Origin: Chloroflexota bacterium
GTDB lineage: Bacteria; Chloroflexota; Dehalococcoidia; UBA2979
Length of the DNA stretch: 45,807 nt
NCBI GenBank assembly: GCA_027593235.1
Contig: JAQCIU010000024.1
Coordinates: forward strand, 1 to 45,807
Reading direction: 5' to 3'
The number at the start of each line of letters is the position of its first letter. The stretch's first letter is position 1. Under the pieces are notes generated by a model, which saw nothing but the letters and a program-made list of their open reading frames with translations, did no database searches and was not told the DNA's origin. Of the stretch, positions 19,045-28,645 are shown piece after piece. The position numbers were made by a program, and so were the translations under genes.

Positions 19045-20021
19045 GCGACCGGTACCTCCTCGGCGCTCGCATGGTCCGCGTCGGCCGCGGGGCCAACCAA
19101 CCGCGCGTAGCTGTCCTCAAGTGTGGTCGCGCCAAGTTCGTACTCCTCGGCGACGCCGTCCTCGACCAGTGCGCGCGCCCAGTGCAACGCGTGCACCGCG
19201 TCCGCCTCGCGCAGGACCACCGTCAGCCGGCGTCCGGTCACGGACTGCTGGTCACCGAACGCGGGGACCGAGGGCACGCCAGCCTCCGGTTCCAGCGACA
19301 CCACCAGCCGCACCGAGTCGCGCGCATCTCGCTTCAACGCCGACGGCGTCCCGCTCGCCAGCACCCGCCCGCCATCGATCACCGCCAGCTCGTCGACTGC
19401 TCGCTCCGCCTCCAGGACGTTGTGCGTCACCAGCAGCACCGACGAGCCGCCGTCAGCCAGCCGGCGGATTTCGCGCCAGAGCAAGCGGCGTCGCAGCGGG
19501 TCCACATCGTTCGTCGGCTCGTCCAGCACCACGATTCGCCCCGGCGCGGCCGCCGCCATCGCGAAGCCGACCAGCCGTTGCACCCCGCCCGACAGCGCGC
19601 TGCCAAGCTGGTCGGCCCACGGTTCCAGCTCCAGGGTCGCCAGTAACTCTTCCGCACGGGCGCGCGCCCGTTCGCGGTCGACACCTCGAATCCGCGCCAC
19701 CAACTCGATCGCGAAGCGCGTCCGCAGCGACTGGATCGGCGGCGACTGCTGCGGCAGGTAGGAACACAGCGCGCGCGCTGCCCCCGCGTCCGCGCTCAGC
19801 TCGACGTCCCCCAGGCGAATCGAGCCGGACGTCGGCCGCAGTTGGCCAATCACCTGGTTCACCAGCGTGGTCTTCCCCGCCCCGTTCGGTCCCAGCAGGC
19901 CAAATACCCGGCCCGCACCGATCTCCAGCGACACCTCGTCGTTCGCCCGGACGTCGCCGGGGTAGACCTTGGTGACCGCTTCGATCGAGAGTGGTGCGGT
20001 CGCGATCGCGGTGCGAGACAT
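19041..20021 (-). CDS. ABC transporter ATP-binding protein
   Basis: Walker A GPNGAGKTT, LSGG signature, Walker B VVLDEPT, and LVTH; ATGA overlap with the permease. Confidence 0.93.
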   Translation of the reverse strand: MSRTAIATAPLSIEAVTKVYPGDVRANDEVSLEIGAGRVFGLLGPNGAGKTTLVNQVIGQLRPTSGSIRLGDVELSADAGAARALCSYLPQQSPPIQSLRTRFAIELVARIRGVDRERARARAEELLATLELEPWADQLGSALSGGVQRLVGFAMAAAAPGRIVVLDEPTNDVDPLRRRLLWREIRRLADGGSSVLLVTHNVLEAERAVDELAVIDGGRVLASGTPSALKRDARDSVRLVVSLEPEAGVPSVPAFGDQQSVTGRRLTVVLREADAVHALHWARALVEDGVAEEYELGATTLEDSYARLVGPAADADHASAEEVPVA

Positions 20022-20076
20022 TAGGTCCTGCCCTTCTCGGAAGGCCCCGCTGTTCGCGTTTCGGGCCGATCTGTTA

Positions 20077-20095
20077 ATATCTCGCAACGCGATAT
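20077..20095. promoter_or_regulatory. Probable MarR operator between divergent genes
   Basis: Imperfect inverted repeat ATATCTCG-CAA-CGCGATAT overlapping a TATGAT box. Confidence 0.5.
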
Positions 20096-20122
20096 GATCG
20101 GAGTCTAAGGGAGTTCGTCCGG

Positions 20123-21307
20123 GTGTCAACGTCCGACGGCCAGGCCCGCACGAGCCGCATCGACCGCGATGCCCTGCTGGCTGATCTCGCCGCCGCATCG
20201 GCGCAACTCCGCTACGAGGGCGCGCTCCACGCCGACGCCCTCGCCTCGTCGCTCGGCGTCAGCCACGCCGACTTCGCCTGCCTGACGCTGCTCTTCCTTG
20301 AGGGCGCCGCGACCGCCGGCCGGATCAGCGAGGTCACCGGTCTCAGTAGCGGCGGCGTGTCAGGCGTCATCGATCGCCTGGAGCGGGCTGGCTACGCCCG
20401 GCGCGAGGCCGACCCCGCCGACCGTCGCCGCGTCGTCGTCACGCTCGCCGCGGATCAGCGCCCGCGCCTCGACGAGGCGTTCGCCCAGATCCGCGTCGCC
20501 GAAGGTCCGCTGTTCGAGACCTACACGTCAGCCGAGCTCCCGCTCCTGCTCGCCGACGCCGAGGAGCGCCTCGCGATTACCCGCGACGAAACGCGCCGCC
20601 TCCGCGGCGAAGCCCGGGACGCCACCCCCACCGCCGAGGTCCGCACCTTCTCCACCCCGCTGAACGAGCGGCGCCACGCACGCCTGGAATTCGTCGGCGG
20701 CGGCGAGTTGCTCCGCGTCCAGGGCGACCCCGACCTCCCGGAGCTGTTCCAGGCCGAGTTCCAGGGCGGCGGCGCCCGCGCCGCCGTCGATGACTACGGC
20801 ACCGTCAGCATCCGCAGCCGGTCGCCACGCCGCGGCGGCCCCACCGACGGCACCATCACCCTCAACGCCAGCGTCCAGTGGACGATCCAGTTCCGAGGTG
20901 GCGGCGGCCGCATCGAGGCCGATCTGCGGAGCGTGCCGCTCGCCGGCCTCGAGATCGTCGGCGGCTCCGGCGACATCGAGGTCACGCTCGGCCCGCCCGA
21001 GGGGCACGTCGCGCTGCACATGAACGGCGGCACCCGCCACGTCCGCCTGCACCGCCCGCTGGGCGCCGAAGCCCGCCTCTCAGCGAGAGTCGGGAGGGAG
21101 CGCACGCGAACAGCGATCTGGTCGCGTCCTGCTCGGCGGACGCGGCGCGGGGTACTGAGCCACCTCGTCATCGACGGCGAGGCAGCCGTGCGCTCCTCGA
21201 GCAAGAGTGGTTCCAGGTGGGAGACGCCGGGCCATGCCACCGCGGCCGACCGCTTCGACATCACCGTCCGCGGCGGCGCCGTCCGCCTCGAGCTGGACGA
21301 GGTCTAG
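20123..21307 (+). CDS. MarR regulator fused to a C-terminal beta-repeat (DUF4097/LiaF-like) domain
   Basis: ATAGRISEVTGLSSGGVSGVIDRLERAGYARREADPADRRRVVV, then Gly-spaced beta strands (LEFVGGG, IQFRGGGG, LEIVGGSG, ITVRGGA). Confidence 0.8.
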   Translation: MSTSDGQARTSRIDRDALLADLAAASAQLRYEGALHADALASSLGVSHADFACLTLLFLEGAATAGRISEVTGLSSGGVSGVIDRLERAGYARREADPADRRRVVVTLAADQRPRLDEAFAQIRVAEGPLFETYTSAELPLLLADAEERLAITRDETRRLRGEARDATPTAEVRTFSTPLNERRHARLEFVGGGELLRVQGDPDLPELFQAEFQGGGARAAVDDYGTVSIRSRSPRRGGPTDGTITLNASVQWTIQFRGGGGRIEADLRSVPLAGLEIVGGSGDIEVTLGPPEGHVALHMNGGTRHVRLHRPLGAEARLSARVGRERTRTAIWSRPARRTRRGVLSHLVIDGEAAVRSSSKSGSRWETPGHATAADRFDITVRGGAVRLELDEV

Positions 21308-21948
21308 CTGACGCGCTCGAAGACGTACATCGCCGCGTCCTTGCGGTAGCGCACCCCACGGTTCGTGCGCCGCAGCTCCGCCGCGTCCACCTCGACACCC
21401 TCTTTCCGAGGCGTCACGTAGTCCGCCAGCTCCTCCACGACCACGCGGTACCGCCCATCGCGCCGAGTCAGCACGGCGATGAGCCGAAACCCCGGATCGA
21501 GCGACGCCATCGACGCGTCGCCGTGGCCATTGTTCGTCAGCAGCAACCCGTCCGCCCGCAGGTAGCGCGCACACGGCGTCGAGATGAACCCCGCCTACAG
21601 CGACACCAGCAGGTCGATCGACCCGTCGGCCACCTCGAGCGGCTCCGCGTAGTTGGCCTGGAAGAACCGCCAGCTCGAGACCGCTTCGGTCCTGTCGCCT
21701 CGCCGCTCCCGGATCAGCGCGTCCACGCCGTCCTGGTCGACAAAGAAGCGCGCCGCGCGCCGGTCCACGTCCACGTAGGTCACATCAGGAAACACGAACG
21801 ACGGCGACGCATCGATGTACGAACCGAGATAGAGCACCCGCGCCCGAGCCGGCCAGCGATCGGCCACCGCGCGGAACATCCGCTCCCGATCGCCGGGGTG
21901 CGCGTCGTACTCCTCGAACTGGCGTTGGACATCGAGCTTCGCGCTCAC
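21304..21948 (-). pseudogene. Class I SAM-dependent methyltransferase-like protein with in-frame TAG at 21595-21597
   Basis: VLYLGSYID, VTYVDVD, DLLVSL*AGFISTPCARYL..GLLLTNNGHGDA; both ORFs are in frame; GTGA overlap with the upstream gene. Confidence 0.7.
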
Positions 21949-22829
21949 GCGCGCGACGCCGCGATTCGCCGCACCCGGTCCGCCACCTGCGGCCGTCCGA
22001 GGGCGATGCACACCTTCTCGAGCTCCTCGTCATTCGGTGGCCCGCGCCACTCCCAGTCGTCGACCGTCCCGAATTCCGGCACGTCGCGGACGACGGTCGC
22101 GATCGTTCGGAACAGCATCGCCAGCTCACGCTCGTTCGCCAGCGTCTCCGCCAGCCGCGCGGCGCCGCGTACCTGCACGTCCCAGTCCTCGACATCGTCG
22201 GGGATCGCCTCGAGGTGGACGTACCGCGCCAGGACCGTCGCCGCGGACTTCGCGCCCCAGCCCTGCAACCCCGGGAACCCGTCCGCGGTATCACCCCTCA
22301 GCCCGAGGTAGTCCGGAATCGACTCCGGCCGCACGCCGAACTTCTCGAACACCGCCGCCTCGTCGTACTCCAGCTCCTGCCGCCGATCGAGCTGCACCAC
22401 CCGCGGGTCAGACACGCACTGCGCCAGGTCCTTGTCCGGCGTGCAAATCCAGACCTTGTCGACGCGGGGATCGGCCTCCGCGATCGTCGCCGCCGTCGCC
22501 ATCGCATCGTCGGCTTCATACTCCACCATCGGGAAGATGGTGAACCCAGCCGCCTCCAACACCGTCTCCAGGATCGGAAACTGCGCCAGTAACTCCGGCT
22601 CTACGTCCTCGCCCGCCTTGTAGTCGTCGTACAGGTCATTGCGGAACGACCGAATCTCGCGGTCCGTCGCCACGCCGACATGCGTCGCGCCGCCCTCCAG
22701 TAGGATCAGCATCGACTCCAGAACGCCTCCGGCGGCTGCCACCTCGGCGCCACTTGGCCCCTGCCGTTTTGGCACAGCGAAGTAGTGCCGAAACAGCTCG
22801 TAGGTCCCGTCGATCAGATGTACTTCCAC
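21945..22829 (-). CDS. Stand-alone 5'-3' exonuclease / flap endonuclease (Pol I N-terminal-like)
   Basis: HLIDG, SFRNDLYDDYKAG, EADD, DKDLAQ and H3TH motif LRGDTADGFPGLQGWGAKSA. Confidence 0.92.
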   Translation of the reverse strand: MEVHLIDGTYELFRHYFAVPKRQGPSGAEVAAAGGVLESMLILLEGGATHVGVATDREIRSFRNDLYDDYKAGEDVEPELLAQFPILETVLEAAGFTIFPMVEYEADDAMATAATIAEADPRVDKVWICTPDKDLAQCVSDPRVVQLDRRQELEYDEAAVFEKFGVRPESIPDYLGLRGDTADGFPGLQGWGAKSAATVLARYVHLEAIPDDVEDWDVQVRGAARLAETLANERELAMLFRTIATVVRDVPEFGTVDDWEWRGPPNDEELEKVCIALGRPQVADRVRRIAASRA

Positions 22830-22877
22830 GCTCGCAGACTAGGCGATCGGCTCGGTCGTGCGGGCGATTCGCGTGCG

Positions 22878-23750
22878 CTACTCGTCTGGGTCGAAGGTGC
22901 AGTTCGTCACCGGAGCAACGTTCTGCCGAATGACGGATTCGCAGCGCACATCGCTCCACAGCAACGACACCTGAGTGTCCTCGTTCAGGAGGACCGAGCA
23001 GGGGGCGGCAGGGTTGCCGGCCCGATCCGCGGCAGCCGTGTCCGCGCACTCACCACCCCAGCGGTGCATGAACGCCGGGGGGTTCGGCGTAATCAGCACC
23101 TCCGTGTTCAGGTCGTAGAAGTACGAATAGGTGCAGGGCGTCGGCGCGCAGGTCCGCCGACCGTACGCCGACGAGTTTCCTGCCATCTGCTCCGTCTGTG
23201 GTGTCAGCTCGAAACTGCGCCCGGGAACTCCGGTGACCGTGATCGCGAGACGCGGCCGGTCCTCGAACCGCACGCGTACGTGCCGGTCCTGGTCCAGCAT
23301 CACCTCACAGACACCGCCCCGGGGAAGCGTCCGGGCGGCAATCAAGGCGCAGTCGCCACCCCACTCCACCAGGCGAGCGGACTCCTCCTGCTCGGGATCG
23401 AGGCTATTCGTCCGTTGGATATCGACGACGCCCAGTCCGAGTTCGATGTCACACGCTGGCGGGCACACGATCTCCGACGAGACCACCTGCACGCTGCCGT
23501 TGCCCTCGACGGTGATGTGCAAGCAGGGCGCACCGGTGGTGCAGGCGCTGGGATTGCCGCCCCGACCGTCGTCGCGGTTCACCGCGCCGAACGCGGCGGG
23601 AGTCGGGCTCGCGGTCACCTCGGCGGTTGGCGTGCCTTCGAGGAGCGAGTTCGGGAGTGTGGTGCCCCGCCCGCCCGAGAGCAGCGCGATGGTCCCGGCG
23701 ACGACCGCCATCGCAATCAACGAACCCCACGCGGCCGCTTGTCTGGACAA
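22878..23750 (-). CDS. Secreted Cys-rich protein with two InlB B-repeat-like domains
   Basis: N-terminal TM/signal; LHITVEGNGSV...CPPAC, WGGDC and WGGEC...CSV repeats; GGAGGG RBS before TTG. Confidence 0.7.
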   Translation of the reverse strand: MSRQAAAWGSLIAMAVVAGTIALLSGGRGTTLPNSLLEGTPTAEVTASPTPAAFGAVNRDDGRGGNPSACTTGAPCLHITVEGNGSVQVVSSEIVCPPACDIELGLGVVDIQRTNSLDPEQEESARLVEWGGDCALIAARTLPRGGVCEVMLDQDRHVRVRFEDRPRLAITVTGVPGRSFELTPQTEQMAGNSSAYGRRTCAPTPCTYSYFYDLNTEVLITPNPPAFMHRWGGECADTAAADRAGNPAAPCSVLLNEDTQVSLLWSDVRCESVIRQNVAPVTNCTFDPDE

Positions 23751-23843
23751 CGCTGCCCTCCGTGGAAGGTGCGCCTCGCCTCGGTCGCTGCTGCCGGCGG
23801 CGAGTGCGCAGCATCATAGCTCCGCTGTCGTCCCAACGATCCG

Positions 23844-24314
23844 CTAACCGAAGCGGCGCCCATTGAGCCGAACGAACGCCGCCCGAATCCCCGCGCGCGC
23901 ATCCTCGAGGCCACCCGCATCGCCCGAGGCCGCGCGGTCCTCGATTGCGTGATCGGCTGCCAGCAGTGCCGCCAGCAACGCCTCCTGCAGCTCGTCGTGC
24001 CGCGCGAACAGCGTCGACACGCGCACGTCCGCCGGTGGATCGGTCACCTCGAGGTCGGCGGCCTCTTCGCTGTGGCCGGCGGCACGGAAAGCCGCGGCCA
24101 CCTGCGTCGCGACCTGCTGCATCGCCGCGATCTCCTCGAGGAGCGATTGCGCCGCACCGTCGAAGTCGCGAGCCAGGTAACCCAGCAGCCCAACCGCCGA
24201 GCCCAGCTCGGCGCGCGCCTGGTCACTCGCCAGCTCCGGTACCACCTGGATCGCCAGGCCACGCTGCACGCCCTCGAGAATCTCGAGCGGAGTGGGGCGA
24301 CGCGTGAGCTTCAT
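23844..24314 (-). CDS. Small helical partner of the APH kinase (LvaB/DUF6285-like)
   Basis: RPTPLEILEGV...QVVPEL N-terminus; ATGA overlap with the kinase gene. Confidence 0.65.
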   Translation of the reverse strand: MKLTRRPTPLEILEGVQRGLAIQVVPELASDQARAELGSAVGLLGYLARDFDGAAQSLLEEIAAMQQVATQVAAAFRAAGHSEEAADLEVTDPPADVRVSTLFARHDELQEALLAALLAADHAIEDRAASGDAGGLEDARAGIRAAFVRLNGRRFG

Positions 24315-25354
24315 GGCGCCACCTCATGCCAGCCCAGCAGCGCCATGATCCCGCGGTCCTCGATTGGCGAGAGCTGCAACGAGATGCCGGGCAGGTTGAC
24401 CGCATCCGCCTCGCCCTCGGCAAAGTTGCGGGCACCGGTCAGCCAGATGCCCTGCGCCTTCACGTGCGCGAACAACGACCACCAGTGGAACGCCTCGGGA
24501 TCGACGTGCAGCCCGCTCGACCGCTCCCACGTCCCCAGCGCCTCGGTTGGTTCGAGGAAGCCGCCGTACATCTTCGGCCGGCCCCAACGCCAGTTCGGCA
24601 TGCAGGTCCAGGCGAGGTCCTCGATCGGGTCGCCCAGGTGGCACATCTCCCAGTCCAGCACGCCCTGGATTGCGCCGCTCGGATCGACCAGCACGTTCCC
24701 AGTGCGGTAGTCGCCGTGCACCACCGCGACCCGCTGCGCCGGCGGCGGCGGGTGACGGCGCATCCAATCGATCGCCGCGCGCACGATCGGCTGCGCGTCC
24801 GATCGATGGCGCTCGATCACGTTCGTCCAGCGATCCAGCTCCCGCTCCCAGCACCGATCCGCTTCGATGCTTTCGAGGAACTCCCAGCCGCCCTTGGCCC
24901 AGTCGAACCCGGAGATGCGGCCAGCGATCTCGAACAGCTCCACGCCGATCCGACCTGCGACCGCGTCGAACGGCGGCGCCATCAGGCGTTGCGGCGCTGT
25001 CTCACAGCCATCGATCCGCTGCATCACGAAGAACGGTCCGTCGAACCAGCTCGCGTCGTCCTCGATCCAGAGCGCCGCGGGCACCGGCACATCGCTGTCG
25101 GTCATTCCGCGATAGGCGGCGTACTCGTGCTCGCGGTTGGAATCGAGCAGCGACGCGGGAGGATCGAGGCGCACGATCAGCCCCGCCTCGGTCGTTGCGC
25201 CACCCTCGGACCAGCGCGCATCCAGCGAGTAGGTGACGCGCGACGCGCCACCGACGATCCGCCGCACGTTCGAGACGGCGACGTCCGAGCGGCCAGTGGC
25301 CGCCTGTTCGAGGTAAGTCGCAAAGCCCTCGGCGGTGACGACAGGAGTGGCCAT
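24311..25354 (-). CDS. APH-family phosphotransferase (ACAD10/11-kinase or LvaA-like)
   Basis: GGASR, VPVP, PFFVM, VHGDYRTGN and LDWEMCHLGDPIEDLAW motifs. Confidence 0.9.
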   Translation of the reverse strand: MATPVVTAEGFATYLEQAATGRSDVAVSNVRRIVGGASRVTYSLDARWSEGGATTEAGLIVRLDPPASLLDSNREHEYAAYRGMTDSDVPVPAALWIEDDASWFDGPFFVMQRIDGCETAPQRLMAPPFDAVAGRIGVELFEIAGRISGFDWAKGGWEFLESIEADRCWERELDRWTNVIERHRSDAQPIVRAAIDWMRRHPPPPAQRVAVVHGDYRTGNVLVDPSGAIQGVLDWEMCHLGDPIEDLAWTCMPNWRWGRPKMYGGFLEPTEALGTWERSSGLHVDPEAFHWWSLFAHVKAQGIWLTGARNFAEGEADAVNLPGISLQLSPIEDRGIMALLGWHEVAP

Positions 25355-25459
25355 GGGCGGGCAGCGTAACCCAACGCAAACCTCGCTGGCGGCGCCGCTG
25401 TGTTGTGACGGAATCCGCGGCGTGACAGACTCCCGCCAGCAACGTCCAAGGAGCATCCC

Positions 25460-26566
25460 ATGGTCAACCTGATCCCCGACGCCGCCGCCGAACACGCACC
25501 GATGTGGGCGCTGACGGAGCTGCCAGTCCACGAGTGGAGCCCGCAGACCAACCTCGTCGAGGAGACCACCGACCCCCGCGCCTACGAGCGCTACTGGTGG
25601 ACCGCCCAGGACAGCACCGGCGAACTGCTGGTCGTCACGGGCTTCGCCCTCTACCCGAACCTCGGCACCGTCGAGTCGTTCTCGATCGTCAATCTCCGCG
25701 GCCAGCACACCACCGTCCGCGCCCACCGCAAACTCACCGGCAACCGCTTCGACATGCGCGTCGGCCCGATAGAGGCGCAGCTCGTCGCCCCCTTCAAGGA
25801 GTGGCACCTCACGCTCGACGAGAACCCCTACGGCATCAGCTACGACCTGCGCTGGCTCGACACAAAGCGCTCGATCGCCCAGCCCGCGATGATCGGCGGC
25901 TACGAGACCTTCGGCCGCATCGAGGGCACCGTCCGCGTCGGTTCCGAGGAGTTCACGCTCACCGAGGCCGCCTTCTCCGGCTCCCGCGACCACCACTGGG
26001 GCGTGCGCGATGGCGTCGGCGGACCGGGCCACCTCGTGCGCCCGATCGAGCGCGCCACGGCCACCGCCACCAGCGGCCAGTGGGTGGAGTTCGGCGACTG
26101 GTCGGTGTGGCTGCACCGAATTCTGTACAACCTCGGCGACCCGCGTCCGGGCACCGGCCGCATCATCAAGATGGAGCGCGAGCTGAGCTTCGACCCGGAC
26201 ACCCAGCTGTTCACGGGCGGCACCGTCCACAACACGCTCGAAGGCGGCGAGGTGAAATCGCTCCACTTCCGCCCGTTGGGCCACCAGGTCGCCTTCCTCC
26301 GCTGCGGCATGTACGGCGGACGCGGCGGCGGCACCCCCGAGGGCGATATCTGGCACGGCATGTTCGTCGGCGAAAACGTGGTCTCCGGCGAAACCTACGA
26401 CGTCACCGATCCCGCGATCCGCCTGAAGCTCCGCGGCGGCAGCAACTACCACTGCGAGGTCACCTGCGACGACGAGGTCACCACCGGCCTCTTCGAAACC
26501 CACGACCCGATCACCTACGAGATGTGCCGCGACGCCGAACCCGGCCACAGCCTTCGGCTGCCTTGA
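25460..26566 (+). CDS. Conserved hypothetical beta-rich protein (AttH/tocopherol-cyclase-like fold suspected)
   Basis: YERYWW, YPNLG and SRDHHWGVR motifs; AAGGAG RBS; strong codon bias. Confidence 0.7.
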   Translation: MVNLIPDAAAEHAPMWALTELPVHEWSPQTNLVEETTDPRAYERYWWTAQDSTGELLVVTGFALYPNLGTVESFSIVNLRGQHTTVRAHRKLTGNRFDMRVGPIEAQLVAPFKEWHLTLDENPYGISYDLRWLDTKRSIAQPAMIGGYETFGRIEGTVRVGSEEFTLTEAAFSGSRDHHWGVRDGVGGPGHLVRPIERATATATSGQWVEFGDWSVWLHRILYNLGDPRPGTGRIIKMERELSFDPDTQLFTGGTVHNTLEGGEVKSLHFRPLGHQVAFLRCGMYGGRGGGTPEGDIWHGMFVGENVVSGETYDVTDPAIRLKLRGGSNYHCEVTCDDEVTTGLFETHDPITYEMCRDAEPGHSLRLP

Positions 26567-26640
26567 GACCCTTTGGGCCAGCTAGACGGAGCTTCGAGGC
26601 AGACTGGGCCGCTCTTGGTGTCAGAGATAGGAACGGACGC

Positions 26641-27681
26641 ATGCGAGCAGCAGTGATGCGTGGTGGTCAGATCGGCGTCGAAGACATCGCCGATCCCGTG
26701 CCCGGCGAGGGCGAGGTGCTGCTCGCCCCGCTCGCGACCGGCATCTGCGGCAGCGACCTCCACATGCGAGAACGCCTGGCGACCGTCGGCATCGAGGCGC
26801 CCCCAATCATCCCCGGCCACGAGTTCGCCGCCGAGCTGCTCGCCGCCGGTCCCGGCACCACGCCGCGTTTCGCCCTCGGATCGCTCGTCACCGCGATCCC
26901 CTTCGCCGCCACGTCCGAGAGCTACGACACCGTCGGCATGTCGCCCCTGCGCCCGGGCGGCCTCGCCACCCGCATGGTTGTCGAGGAGTCCAGCCTCTTC
27001 CTCGTCCCGGACGGCATCCCGGCTACTCGGGCCGCACTCACCGAACCAGTCGCCGTCGGCGTCCACGCGGTTGGCCTCGCCAACCGCCACACCGCTGGCC
27101 CGCACATCGTCATCGGCTGCGGCCCGATCGGCCTCGCCGTCATCCTCTCCCTCCGCGCCGCTGGCCGAGGTCCAATCATCGCCAGCGACCCGTCGCCCGA
27201 ACGTCGCGCGGCCGCGACCGCCCTCGGTGCCGACGTCGTACTCGAGGGCACCGGCGGCTCGCCCTACGACCGGCTGCCCGACTTCGACTTCCTCGAGGCG
27301 GCCATCTCGCCGCTGCTCCCGGCGGACGCCACGGGCCCGCCCGCCGGCATCACCGTCTTCGAATGCGTCGGCGCCCCGCGGCTGATCGAGAACGTCCTCC
27401 GCTGGGCGCCTCGCCATAGCCACGCCGTCATCGTCGGCGTCTGCCCCGGCGAAGACTCGATCACCCCCGTCCTCGCCATCACCAAGGAACTGACGCTCGA
27501 ATTCAGCTTCGCCTACCGCCCCGACGAATTCGCCCGCTCGCTCGACCTGATCGCCTCGAACGGTGCGCTCGTCGACACCCTCATCACCAGCCGCGTGCCC
27601 CTCGCGGAGACCGGGGCGGCCTTCGACCGCCTCGCCTCGCAGCCGAGCGAGATCAAGATCCTCGTCGAACCGAATCAGTAG
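26641..27681 (+). CDS. Zinc-binding alcohol dehydrogenase (MDR family)
   Basis: GICGSDLH, GHE, LTEP, GCGPIG and FECVG motifs. Confidence 0.92.
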   Translation: MRAAVMRGGQIGVEDIADPVPGEGEVLLAPLATGICGSDLHMRERLATVGIEAPPIIPGHEFAAELLAAGPGTTPRFALGSLVTAIPFAATSESYDTVGMSPLRPGGLATRMVVEESSLFLVPDGIPATRAALTEPVAVGVHAVGLANRHTAGPHIVIGCGPIGLAVILSLRAAGRGPIIASDPSPERRAAATALGADVVLEGTGGSPYDRLPDFDFLEAAISPLLPADATGPPAGITVFECVGAPRLIENVLRWAPRHSHAVIVGVCPGEDSITPVLAITKELTLEFSFAYRPDEFARSLDLIASNGALVDTLITSRVPLAETGAAFDRLASQPSEIKILVEPNQ

Positions 27682-27721
27682 CGTCCGTGGGCTTCGGCCC
27701 GACCAGCACCGGAGGTCGCCA

Positions 27722-28528
27722 ATGCCCCGTCTCGAAGGCAAGTACGCCATCATCACCGGCGCCGCCTCCGGCATCGGCGCGGCGACGGCCCGCCGCTTCG
27801 CCGAGGAAGGCGCCCACCTCGTCCTCGCCGACATCAACGACGAGGCCGGCGAGTCCCTCGCCACCGCCCTCGGCACCGAGGTCGCCCACTACACCCACTG
27901 CGACGTCGCATCGCCCGAGGAGATCGAAGCGCTGATCGAGGAAGCGCGACGCTTCTTCGGCGACCACAACGGCCGCCTCAACGTCCTCGTGAACAACGCC
28001 GGCATCGGCGGCGGCGGGGAGGTGCCCGACGTCGCGCCCGAGGCCTGGGCGCGCGTCATGGACATCGATCTCAACGCCGTCTTTCACGCCTGCCGTCTCG
28101 CCATCCCCGTGATGCGCGACGCCGGAGAAGGCTCAATCATCAACACCGCCTCGATCTCCGGGCTGTACGGCGACTACGGCATGGCCAGCTACAACGCGGC
28201 GAAGGCCGCCGTCATCAACCTCACGCGCACCATGGCCCTCGACCACGGCAAGGACGGCATCCGCGTCAACGCGCTCTGCCCCGGCTACATCGACACGCCG
28301 CTCACCGCCGGCCTCACCAGCGACCCAACCTTCGAGGCCGAGCTGAGCGCCGGCATCGCCCTCGGCCGCCCCGGCACGCCCGAGGAGATGGCCAACGTCA
28401 TCACCTTCCTCGCCTCGGACGAGGCGAGCTATGTCACCGGCGCCGCGATCGTCGCCGACGGCGGCCGCACCGCCGCCACCGGCCAGCCCAACCTCCCTGC
28501 CGCCGCCAGGCGGCTTCGAGGAAGTTAG
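27722..28528 (+). CDS. SDR family NAD(P)-dependent oxidoreductase
   Basis: TGAASGIG, NNAG, YNAAK and IRVNALCPG motifs; GGAGG RBS. Confidence 0.94.
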   Translation: MPRLEGKYAIITGAASGIGAATARRFAEEGAHLVLADINDEAGESLATALGTEVAHYTHCDVASPEEIEALIEEARRFFGDHNGRLNVLVNNAGIGGGGEVPDVAPEAWARVMDIDLNAVFHACRLAIPVMRDAGEGSIINTASISGLYGDYGMASYNAAKAAVINLTRTMALDHGKDGIRVNALCPGYIDTPLTAGLTSDPTFEAELSAGIALGRPGTPEEMANVITFLASDEASYVTGAAIVADGGRTAATGQPNLPAAARRLRGS

Positions 28529-28645
28529 CCATCCTGGCTCGTCGGTCACGCGTGGCGATCACAGATCCTTATGCTCCGTTGAGCCTCGAGGTGCCATGCT
28601 GATGCTCGCGATCGGCGCCCCACCGCCTATCCCGAGGACTGCCCG

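Noticed and set aside
24311-25354. Aminoglycoside resistance kinase
   Set aside because: Sequence and context match the metabolic ACAD10/LvaA-type subfamily better.
24311-27876. Very long ORFs 24311..26548 (-), 25504..27681 (+) and 26515..27876 (-)
   Set aside because: Their extra length is antisense or off-frame shadow of real genes in high-GC DNA; the real starts are 25354 and 26641.
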